A DNA stretch of 64,000 bases, from NCBI RefSeq assembly GCF_022539665.2, contig NC_081332.1, positions 2,108,001 through 2,172,000 of the forward strand, in the 5' to 3' direction. Below, piece after piece: positions 26,671 through 37,559 of this stretch. Position 1 is the first letter of the stretch, and each line of letters opens with the position of its first letter. The stretch is from Daphnia carinata. Its lineage: Eukaryota. The notes beneath the pieces were generated by a model. It made no database searches. It had not been told where the DNA came from and was given only the letters and a program-made list of their open reading frames with translations. The position numbers and the translations under genes were made by a program.

Positions 26671-28809
26671 TTTTTATTTTATCAAAGTCGGTAAAGAACG
26701 AAATATCATGAAATTCGTTAAAAGTCACATATGACACTCAAAATCGAATACTTATTTTGAATTTCGCCATTAAGTATACTAGGGGTAGAAACGAACTGCA
26801 CAACAACTTGAATTACGCACGTTAAGCTCCAGAGATGGCGTCTTGAACCAAATCGTCTGTACGGAGCGTGCTGGCGAAAAGTGACGTGGGTTGTAGTGCA
26901 ATATTAGACCACTGGTAGCCCTTCAGAATACTACTATTTGGTGCCGCACAGCGTTTCGCATTTTAGCAGCTGAGGGTCTCAATGCATCTTAGCGACACCC
27001 ATGTGACTGAATGCTCTGTGGTAGCTTACTAGCGAAAATTGTAAATGCTTTCGAAACTTGATCATAGTGCCGTGACCATCCTCTGTTTAATTGTTTTAGT
27101 CTAAATTTAATTGTTCGAGCAATATCTATTGCAAAGAAGTGTGGGCTTTCGTTGCACTATAAGAATCAACACGAGGTTATGCCAGTGATTCAGGAAAGGG
27201 TGTCCAGATCACGCATCGTACGCATTGTCTGGCGTAGGACATTTTCATTGGCAAATCGATAACCAGAATGAAGGTTATGAACAGTGTCTAAATCTGTCTT
27301 CAACATGCAGCATCAATTGCATGAAACATCAAATTCATTGTATTGTACTGGTGGTATAAGGTATAACCAAACACACATTCATATCCATACATGCTTGAGA
27401 ATGTTTTATTTAGATGTGAAATTGATTATTTTTTTACAGTGACCAGAATAACAAAAAAGTAGAATGAATTGTGATCGAAATGTGGGAGAATGAGCCATAC
27501 TGCCGTTGATTTGAAAAATGGTACGTGGAGAAAAGGTAACCTTAAACCAATAGCGTGCAGAGGTTGTATTTTGGCAAATAGTTCTGAACAATTGCAAGTT
27601 CATTTTATGAAGGACAGAAAATTAGGAATCTTAGAAGGAATCCTGATAGATAATTGACTTAGAAATTGTTTCTTGTTTTAACACTTTTCATTGAGTGTAT
27701 GTGGTAAGTAAGCTGTTACACTTTTGTTTTGGTTTTTAGGTTAATTTCACATAATTGAAATCAATTTTACAGATCTTTTCTATCTGCTATCAAAGCCGGA
27801 CATCATAGACCTTTCCCACTTGGCTGGTTTTTCGGTGGATGGTCCACATTCACCATTCCACACATACAGCAAGTATGAAGTAATCATGATGCAAACTGAC
27901 TTTGATCTAAACTATTTGTAGGTAATCCTTTGTTGATATGTTCAATATTGTTTAAGGGTTACATTGATATTATTGTTCGCAGTACACACAAGAATTTCGT
28001 GGTGTCTCCTGAGAATATATCATGTCTTCCAGTCCAGGTAATAAACATTTAATAGGTGATCATTAACAAACTGGGCTTTTTATAGGCTCATAATAGATAT
28101 GTTAAGTTGCTAACTTTTAATGCCCTGGAAATCCAAATAATCTGCGTTCTCCTGAAAAGGCTGTGGATTTAGCTGAGTATCCAGAAAAATGGTCATTCGA
28201 ATCGTAGGTAATCTCAATCGGATTTAAAGCGATATTCATTTAATAGTGGTTTTTCAAAAACTTTTAAAAATTTGCGAGTGTGGTCGGGAAGCATCAGCGC
28301 ACCAAGGAGATAGCACACATCAAATGCACTTGCACTAGTTAAACAAGGTTCTTATTGTTATATTTTTTTTGTATAAGTAGCAACGTAATTAAAGCGTATT
28401 GATTGATTACATTTTTTAAAATATACAGGATACGTTATCCCATATAAAACGAATGTTGTCTCCAACTTCAACGGTTTCCTGATTGCTGATTGAAGTCGAT
28501 TGATAAAAAATGGTTTGATTCTTGTATTAATTCTTCTTAAAATATATATCAACCGCATCAATGACTGACTTGGTAAATTTCGTAACACAGTTAGGACACT
28601 CGGACGGTTGCTGCTCGGGAGGCAAAGTTGTTTTCGACATCGAGAGGAGACTGGAGGAACAGACTCAGAATTGAAGAATGAACGTTGAGATGCGTCCGCG
28701 GTACTATTCTGGCATTTGCACTCTATGTATCATCGTTAACGTTAGAAGGGTTATTAACACTTTTGCATAGTTACTTTAATCTGTTGAAGACGAATAATTC
28801 AGTTGTGTA

Positions 28810-29262
28810 GTGATCATAGCTTAATGGTAGAGCGTCTGATTGCTACGCTGAAGTCTCTGGGTTCAAGTCCTAGAATTATGAGATGGAAGGTACAGAAGAA
28901 GCTCTAATACAAATATCATACAGATATAAAGGTGCACGATGTCTTTCAATAAATCAGTTATTTCCTGTTCGAAAAAGTTTTAATATTTCAATTTGTGATG
29001 AATAGACATATCACCAATTACACTGAACATTGAGCTTTCATGGGAATCGAACCTCATACAATTGAGACTCCATGCCAACGTTCTTCCGTTGACCCATGAC
29101 CGGTTGTACTTTGTGAGAGTGATATTCGAAAGCCTATCAACGCACGCAGTGCAAACAAGGATATTAGAGAGTACCTAGTGAAATGGAATCAACAAAGGTA
29201 GTCTAGTGGCAAAGCATCGGCATAGCATGCTAAAGGTCTATGGTTCAATACCCAACTCAGTT
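28810..29262. pseudogene. Cluster of three degenerate tRNA-like units (28810-28882 +, 29032-29103 -, 29192-29262 +)
   Basis: A-box/B-box pairs at tRNA spacing: TAGCTTAATGGTAGAGC...GGTTCAAGTCC; (minus) TGGGTCAACGGAAGAAC...GGTTCGATTCC; TAGTCTAGTGGCAAAGC...GGTTCAATACC. Acceptor and anticodon stems pair poorly. Confidence 0.7.
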
Positions 29263-29410
29263 ATAAGAAACACCCTTACGAATAAATGAAAGAAATCGAA
29301 TAAATGCAAAACACTTTATTGTCCCTCCTTCCACCCACAATTCCACCACTTTTTTTTCATTTCACAAATACAAGACAACAAACATATAACACATACATAA
29401 ATACAACTAA

Positions 29411-29729
29411 CTCGTTGGCTGCCACGCCACTACAAACTACATTCGCTACATCGCCATCAGACAGATGACGACCAAGGGGGACTTGTCCGAAGACAAGTCC
29501 GGGCTGACACGATGATGGAAGCCATTACGGGAATGCACACCCTGGCAACCATCACCGCATCGACAAGGGGAAAGTTCCTACTGGTGCATTGCCTCGACGA
29601 TCGACGTTGCGCCACACGGCTTGTGCAACTGTCCCACCCATGGCATATAGACCATTGGGCAGAACAGCGCTGCCGGACCCTAACTAGCTAAAAAAAAAAA
29701 GGGGATCACAGTGGGTGGCAGCCAACGAG
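29411..29729. mobile_element. 319-bp non-autonomous TIR element (piggyBac-like MITE)
   Basis: Terminal inverted repeats CTCGTTGGCTGCCAC ... GTGGCAGCCAACGAG, flanked by CTAA on the left and TTAA on the right. TTAA is the piggyBac target duplication. No coding capacity. Confidence 0.7.
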
Positions 29730-29799
29730 TTAATTGGCAATACACATTAGACACATTACATAATACAACGATACCGCGAAGACCACGAGGCGAAGACGG

Positions 29800-29985
29800 G
29801 GCGACCACTAGGCGGCGACGGGCTGACAAGCGAAGGGAAGACTGGGCGACAGGCGAAGCGATGACGGGGCGGCGGGCGAAGCGATGACGGGCGAAGCGAT
29901 GATGGGGCGGCGGCGAAGCGATGACGGGCCAAGCGACGACGGGATGACGGATGAGACGATGACGGGCGATGACGGGCGAGATGAT
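29800..29985 (-). repeat. GC-rich minisatellite (unit ~23 bp, cgtcatcgcttcgcccgccgccc on the minus strand)
   Basis: Repeated gcgaagcgatgacggg motifs. Confidence 0.85.
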
Positions 29986-32900
29986 GAACGGGTTTTTTTT
30001 TATTAGCCGTGTTATCGGCAGACTGGGACAATTGTAGGGCCGGCAATTTTTTTGGGAGAAGACGAGGGGTTGGGGGTCCTACAATAAGATGTTACGTTTT
30101 TAGAAACAATACTGGATAAGAAAGAAATTAAAATACCAAAGAGTAGTGGTTTTGAAGTCCACATCGAAGTGTGTTTGCTGGTTAAGTAAAAATGAAAAGA
30201 AGATTGCTAAACTGGTGGTTGTTAACCGTTGGCAACACAATAGAGAGAAAAATGCTGCATTTGTCACATTTGAACTCACATAAGGTGATAAGTGGGCCAA
30301 GAATGAGCTTTCCTCAGGGCCAGCATCATTTGCAGTTTTAGTTTACAAGCTAGAAATAAAGGAAGAATTGTCCCTACTTTGACATTGCAAGCCAAAATAT
30401 AAGTTTAATACCTAACCCCCAACACGAAATCATGCCATTTGACGGGTTGAGTGGAAATAGCAAGATGATTGCATATCAGCATCCTTTTGCAAATTTAATG
30501 AGCTATTTCTTAACAGCAGAATCATGGCAGATGGATTCTGATTGCTAAAATTTAAGTCTAATACCTCTCAATGAGCGACAGGAAACCATGATGAAATCCA
30601 TGAATAAGAAGAATCCAATAGTTTGGATTTGGCAGCGGGCATGGCTGATAAAAAAAATTACCTGCTACACAAAAAGTTATCCATTGATATGCTTCACTTG
30701 ATCAACACAAAAAAGGAAAACACTTAATTGGAGATAGCACACCATTTGATTTGATCGAACTTTTACGAGCACAAAATAGTTTAATTTTTGACACTACGGC
30801 TGATGAACTTGCATTGCCATCTAGCGGAAATTCAATTTCGTCAAATTTTAAAATAAGCCCCACTAAATAAGCTCGACCAAATAAGCCCGACTTTTCCAAG
30901 TTTTTAAATTTATGTTTGAAACCTAGATATTGTCCAAGGAATATTCTTTTTCAAGCGCAACAGCAAAGTGAATCAACTACTATTTGCAGGACAAAGCGCT
31001 TAACATGTCGTAGATAAGCAGCTCGCACAATCAGCAAATAGTGACATAGCAAACTAAACACGCAAAAAGCCACCACACCGTACGCTTATGATTAAAAGGC
31101 TTAAAATGTTTGGGGTATTAATGTTCATTTTTTACTTTTGGGCGAAGTCGGAAAAAAAAATACCAGAAGTCACCGGAAGTAGCCTATATCTCCAGAAATA
31201 ATGAGCCCATAACAAAACGAATACGATTTTCGTGATCCTCGTGAAATTTTAGGTGTGTCTGACCTGTTTTGACCTGTTTTTGGCGAAAAGTCCAATTTGA
31301 CGAAAATCGCGATTTTTCCTGAACTATAGTTCAGTATTGTAAAATTTTACAGTTCGATTTTTGACGATTTTTTACCACTTTAAATCATTAGCACAAATAT
31401 TTTCTACTGACACATGGACTCGACCCCAAATTCCACCAATTCCATGCTATCCTCATTACTACTCTTGGTAAACTTTATGCTCACACAGCAAGATTGTAAT
31501 AAACAAACTATTGACATGCCTTACAAAGTCTAACTACGCCCGCCAGATGCCAGTAATTCATTGTTATGAAAAGTTGTGTCACAATTGTGCTGGTGCTGTA
31601 GGTTTTCATTAAGTAATAATGTGAATTAACGAGTTTAACACGTGAAGCTGAAAAATTCTGATGAATATCAAATAAAGGTTTTAACATATTTGCTTGCATT
31701 ATTATATTTGTGCTAATGATTTAAAGTGGTAAATAAGTCGTACCTGAAAACTGAACTTTAAGAACTGTAAAAGGCCATGTTATGTTTTTTTTTACAATAC
31801 TTTGCGTTTGAAACTACACAGATCTTGTGAACCTTGTAAAGAAGAATATAGTTCATTTTTTAAATTTCGCAAATTTTAACTTCCGGTTTAAGATCCGGTT
31901 TCAAAATGGCTAATAACTCACTACATATTGGTCTGAACGAAAATAGACCGACATTTTCGTAATCCTCGTGAAATTTGGGGTCGAGTCCATGTGTCAGTAG
32001 AAAATACCCGAAAATCGTCAAAAATCGCAAATTTCCCTGAACTATAGTTCAGGAAAAATCACGATTTTCGTCAAATTGGACTTTTCGCCAAAAACAGGTC
32101 AAAACAGGTCAGACACACCTAAAATTTCACGAGGATCACGAAAATCGTATTCGTTTTGTTATGGGCTCATTATTTCTGGAGATATAGGCTACTTCCGGTG
32201 ACTTCTGGTATTTTTTTTTTCCGACTTCGCCCAAAAGTAAAAAATGAATATTAATACCCCAAACATTTTAAGCCTTTTAATCATAAGCGTACGGTGTGGT
32301 GGCGTTTTGCGTGTTTAGTTTGCAATGTCACTGTTTGCTGATTGTGCGAGTTGCTTATCTACGACATGTTAAGCGCTTTGTCCTGCAAATAGTAGTTGAT
32401 TCACTTTGCTGTTGCGCTTGAAAAAGAACATTCCTTGGACAATATCTAGGTTTCAAACATAAATTTAAAAACTTGGAAAAGTCGGGCTTATTTGGTCGAG
32501 CTTATTTAGTGGGGCTTATTTTAAAATTTGACGAAATTGAATTTCCGCTAGATGGCAATGCAAGTTCATCAGCCGTAGTGTCAAAAATTAAACTATTTTG
32601 TGCTCGTAGAAGTTCGATCAAATCAAATGGTGTGCTATCTCCAATTAAGTGTTTTCCTTCTTTGTGTTGATCAAGTGAAGCATTTCAATGGAGAACTTTT
32701 TGTGTAGCAGGTAATTTTTTTTATCAGCCATGCCCGCTGCCAAATCCAAACTATTGGATACTTCTTATTCATGGATTTCATCATGGTTTCCTGTCGCTCA
32801 TTGAGAGGTATAAGACTTAAATTTTAGCAATCTGAATCCATCTGCCATGATTCTGCTGTTAAGAAATAGCCCATTAAATTTGCAAAAGGATGCTGATATG

Positions 32901-33389
32901 CAATCATCTTGCTATTTCCACTCAACCCGTCAAATGGCATGATTTCGTTTTGGGGGTTAGGTATTAAACTTATATTTTGGCTTGCAATGTCAAAGTGGGG
33001 ACAATTCTTCCTTTATTTCTAGCTTGTAAACTAAAACTGCAAACGATGCTGGCCCTGAGGAAAGCTCATTCTTGGCCCACTTATCACCTTATGTGAGTTC
33101 AAATGTGACAAATGCAGCATTTTTCTCTCTATTGTGTTGCCAACGGTTAACAACCACCAGTTTAGCAATCTTCTTTTCATTTTTACTTAACCAGCAAACA
33201 CACTTCGATGTGGACTTCAAAACCACTACTCTTTTTGGTATTTTAATTTCTTTCTTATCCAGTATTGTTTCTAAAAACGTAACATCTTATTGTAGGACCC
33301 CCAACCCCTCGTCTTCTCCCAAAAAAATTGCCGGCCCTACAATTGTCCCAGTCTGCCGATAACACGGCTAATAAAAAAAAGCCCGTTCA

Positions 33390-33640
33390 TCATCTCGCCC
33401 GTCATCGTCTCATCCGTCATCCCGTCGTCGATTGGCCCGTCATCGCTTCGCCGCCGCCCCATCATCGCTTCGCCCGTCATCGCTTCGCCCGCCGCCCCGT
33501 CATCGCTTCGCCCGCCGCCCCGTCATCGCTTCGCCCGCCGCCCCGTCATCGCTTCGCCTGTCGCCCAGTCTTCCCTTCGCCTGTCGCCCAGTCTTCCCTT
33601 CGCTTGTCAGCCCGTCGCCGCCTAGTGGTCGCCCCGTCTT
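33390..33640 (+). repeat. GC-rich minisatellite, longer copy (cgtcatcgcttcgcccgccgccc units plus a duplicated cgcctgtcgcccagtcttccctt)
   Basis: Tandem units are directly visible; about 60 bp longer than the left-arm copy. Confidence 0.88.
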
Positions 33641-33703
33641 CGCCTCGTGGTCTTCGCGGTATCGTTGTATTATGTAATGTGTCTAATGTGTATTGCCAAT
33701 TAA

Positions 33704-34022
33704 CTCGTTGGCTGCCACCCACTGTGATCCCCTTTTTTTTTTTAGCTAGTTAGGGTCCGGCAGCGCTGTTCTGCCCAATGGTCTATATGCCATGGGTGGG
33801 ACAGTTGCACAAGCCGTGTGGCGCAACGTCGATCGTCGAGGCAATGCACCAGTAGGAACTTTCCCCTTGTCGATGCGGTGATGGTTGCCAGGGTGTGCAT
33901 TCCCGTAATGGCTTCCATCATCGTGTCAGCCCGGACTTGTCTTCGGACAAGTCCCCCTTGGTCGTCATCTGTCTGATGGCGATGTAGCGAATGTAGTTTG
34001 TAGTGGCGTGGCAGCCAACGAG
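33704..34022. mobile_element. Mirror copy of the 319-bp piggyBac-like MITE
   Basis: TTAA|CTCGTTGGCTGCCAC ... GTGGCAGCCAACGAG|TTAG; same length as the left-arm copy. Confidence 0.7.
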
Positions 34023-34170
34023 TTAGTTGTATTTATGTATGTGTTATATGTTTGTTGTATTGTATTTGTGAAATGAAAACAAAGTGGTGGAATTGTGGGT
34101 GGAAGGAGGGACAATAAAATGTTTTGCATTTATTCAATTTCTTTCATTTATTCGTAAGGGTGTTTCTTAT

Positions 34171-34623
34171 AACTGAGTTGGGTATTGAACCATAGACCTT
34201 TAGCATGCTATGCCGATGCTTTGCCACTAGACTACCTTTGTTGATTCCATTTCACTAGGTACTCTCTAATATCCTTGTTTGCACTGCGTGCGTTGATAGG
34301 CTTTCGAATATCACTCTCACAATGTACAACCGGTCATGGGTCAACGGAAGAACGTTGGCATGGAGTCTCAATTGTATGAGGTTCGATTCCCATGAAAGCT
34401 CAATGTTCAGTGTAATTGGTGATATGTCTATTCATCACACATTGAAATATTAAAACTTTTTCGAACAGGAAATAACTGGTTTATTGAAAGACATCGTGCA
34501 CCTTTATATCTGTATGATATTTGTATTAGAGCTTCTTCTGTACCTTCCATCTCATAATTCTAGGACTTGAACCCAGAGACTTCAGCGTAGCAATCAGACG
34601 CTCTACCATTAAGCTATGATCAC
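34171..34623. pseudogene. Mirror cluster of three degenerate tRNA-like units (34171-34241 -, 34330-34401 +, 34551-34623 -)
   Basis: Inverted copy of 28810-29262. Confidence 0.7.
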
Positions 34624-36661
34624 TACACAACTGAATTATTCGTCTTCAACAGATTAAAGTAACTATGCAAAAGTGTTAATAACCCTTCTAACGTTAACGA
34701 TGATACATAGTGTGCAAATGCCAGAATAGTACCGCGGACTCATCTCAACGTTCATTCTTCAATTCTGAGTCTATTCCTCCAGTCTCCTCTCGATGTCGAA
34801 AACAACTTTGCCTCCCGAGCAGCAACCGTCCGAGTGTCCTAACTGTGTTACGAAATTTACCAAGTCAGTCATTGATGCGGTTGATATATATTTTAAGAAG
34901 AATTAATACAAGAATCAAACCATTTTTTATCAATCGACTTCGATCAGCAATCAGGAAACCGTTGAAGTTGGAGACAACATTCGTTTTATATGGGATAACG
35001 TATCCTGTATATTTAAAAAAATGTAATCAATCAATACGCTTTAATTACGTTGCTACTTATACAAAAAAAATATAACAATAAGAACCTTGTTTAACTAGTG
35101 CAAGTGCATTTGATGTGTGCTATCTCCTTGGTGCGTTGATGCTTCCCGACCACACTCGCAAATTTTTAAAAGTTTTTGAAAAACCACTATTAAATGAATA
35201 TCGCTTTAAATCCGATTGAGATTACCTACGATTCGAATGACCATTTTTCTGGATACTCAGCTAAATCCACAGCCTTTTCAGGAGAACGCAGATTATTTGG
35301 ACTTCCAGGGCATTAAAAGTTAGCAACTGAACATATCTATTATGAGCCTATAAAAAGCCCAGTTTGTTACTGATCACCTATTAAATGTTTATTACCTGGA
35401 CTGGAAGACATCATATACTCTCATTGATAAGCTGTTCATTGAAACCCACATTAGTGGTACCTCAAGGAGACACCACGAAATTCTTGTGTGTACTGCGAAC
35501 ATTAATATCAATGTAACCATTAAACAATATTGAACATATCAACAAAGGATTACCTAGAAATAGTTTAGATCAAAGTCAGTTTGCATCATGATTACTTCAT
35601 ACTTGCTGTATGTGTGGAATGGTGAATGTGGACCATCCACCGAAAAACCAGCCAAGTAGGAAAGGTCTACTATGTCCGGCTTTGATAGCAGATAGAAAAG
35701 ATCTGCAAAATTGATTTCAATTATGTGAAATAAACCTAAAAACCAAAACAAAAGTGTAACAACTTACTTACCACATACACTCAATGAAAAGTGTTAAAAC
35801 AAGAAACAATTTCTAAGTCAATTATCTATCAGGATTCCTTCTAAGATTCCTAATTTTCTGTCCTTCATAAAATGAACTTGCAATTGTTCAGAACTATTTG
35901 CCAAAATACAACCTCTGCACGCTATTGGTTTAAGGTTACCTTTTCTCCACGTACCATTTTTCAAATCAACGGCAGTATGGCTCATTCTCCCACATTTCGA
36001 TCACAATTCATTCAACTTTTTTGTTATTCTGGTCACTGTAAAAAAATAATCAATTTCACATCTAAATAAAACATTCTCAAGCATGTATGGATATGAATGT
36101 GTGTTTGGTTATACCTTATACCACCAGTACAATACAATGAATTTGAGGTTTCATGCAATTGATGCTGCATGTTGAAGACAGATTTAGACACTGTTCATAA
36201 CCTTCATTCTGGTTATCGATTTGCCAATGAAAATGTCCTACGCCAGACAATGCGTACGATGCGTGATCTGGACACCCTTTCCTGAATCACTGGCATAACC
36301 TCGTGTTGAATCTTAATAGTGCAACGAAAGCCCACACTTCTTTGCAATAGATATTGCTCGAACAATTAAATTTAGACTAAAACAATTAAACAGAGGATGG
36401 TCACGGCACTATGATCAAGTTTCGAAAGCATTTACAATTTTCGCTAGCAAGCTACCACAGAGCATTCAGTCACATGGGTGTCGCTAAGATGCATTGAGAC
36501 CGTCAGCTGCTAAAATGCGAAACGCTGTGCGGAACGGCACCAAATAGTGGTATTGTGAAGCGGGTCCAAATGACCTAAGGGCAGCCAATAGTCTAAAACA
36601 CTACGTCACTTTCCGCCAGCACGCTCCCTACTAGCGATTTGGTACAGGAGGGTGATGAATG

Positions 36662-36950
36662 ATCTCTGTAGTTTTACCTGCGTAACGGTAACTGGCGCCA
36701 TCTCTGGAGCTTTACCTGCGTAACGGTAACTTGCGCCATCTCTGGAGCTTTACCTGCGTAATGGTAACGGCGCCATCTCTGGAGCTTTTTCTGCGTAATG
36801 GTAACTGGCGCACTTGAGCTTTACCTGCGTTATGGTAACTGGCGCCATCTCCGTAACTTTACCTGCATAACGGTAACTGGCGCCGTCTGGGGAGCTTTTT
36901 CTGCGTAACGGTAACTAGCGCCATCTCTAGAACTTAAGTGCGTAACCGTA
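36662..36950 (+). repeat. Tandem array of ~7 copies of a 38-bp unit (atctctggagctttacctgcgtaacggtaactggcgcc), with degenerate copies to ~37075
   Basis: Units start near 36662, 36700, 36738, 36775, 36812, 36847, 36885 and 36923. They abut without unique spacers. Confidence 0.92.
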
Positions 36951-37274
36951 TAGACGCGTGACCGTTAGACGAGTTTAATGTGCCTAACCATTGAGAACGC
37001 CATCTCTGTAGTCGTTGTTCAGATCGCCATCTCGAGTTTAATGTGTGCCTTACCATTGACCTTAACGTGCGTAACTCATCTCAAAACAAGCACTCGTATC
37101 CGCCTTTTTTATCGATTTTAATGAAAACGAGAGGGGTATAGCCTTTCCACTTTTCCTACCTTCAGTTTTTAAATTATTTGACTTCAAGGTGGGTGCTCTC
37201 GAACCTAATTATTTTGATTAAAGGGGAAGGGGGTCAAGTTCTGTTTCCAAATTGGTGAGGCCTTAATCACTGCG

Positions 37275-37470
37275 AAGTACATCATCACTAGGTGGCAGAA
37301 GAAGATATATGATTACCAAAAGAAATGGTAAACTAAAGAACAGTTTGTAAGAATTCACGAGAAAGTGAGTCCTAATGGCGTTCTGCATCATGGTTGACAT
37401 GCTTAAATTCATTACTTACTTGTAATGCGGTCGATCCCTGAAGTGAAAACTAAACGCATTCTTCAAAACA
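37275..37470 (-). repeat. Diverged outer right arm segment, inverted copy of ~26470-26670
   Basis: The reverse complement aligns to 26470-26670 with multiple substitutions and small indels. Confidence 0.85.
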
Positions 37471-37559
37471 ATGGCGCGTGACATAAAAAGATTAGGCACG
37501 TAGGTGTGGTAAATTTTCGAATTAATGTTGCCCAAATAACTATTTCCTCATGCACTCCG

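Larger units (their letters stand above)
26930..31334 (+). repeat. Left arm of a large inverted duplication (palindrome)
   Basis: Reverse complement of ~32037-36550. Mirrored ORFs: 27406-27603(-)/35872-36069(+), 28358-28588(-)/34710-35075(+), 30702-30899(-)/32473-32670(+). Confidence 0.97.
32037..36550 (-). repeat. Right arm of the large inverted duplication
   Basis: Near-identical mirror of 26930-31334, with scattered substitutions, a ~42-bp indel near 35420-35462 and extra minisatellite units. Confidence 0.97.

Noticed and set aside
28810..28882. Functional tRNA (Ser-GCT-like) and its two neighbours
   Set aside because: Acceptor and anticodon stems do not pair properly; kept only as tRNA-like relics.
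33328..33753. Arg/Pro-rich ORFs (also 29756-30046 on minus)
   Set aside because: They are translations of the GC-rich minisatellite and differ in frame between the two arms.
36662..36950. 38-bp repeats as a CRISPR array
   Set aside because: Units are head-to-tail with no unique spacers, there are no cas genes, and the context is eukaryotic.
26470..37470. Autonomous transposon (Foldback/Galileo, Mutator, Polinton) as the palindrome's identity
   Set aside because: No transposase, integrase or polymerase ORF and no clear target-site duplication at the outer ends; the class was left unassigned.
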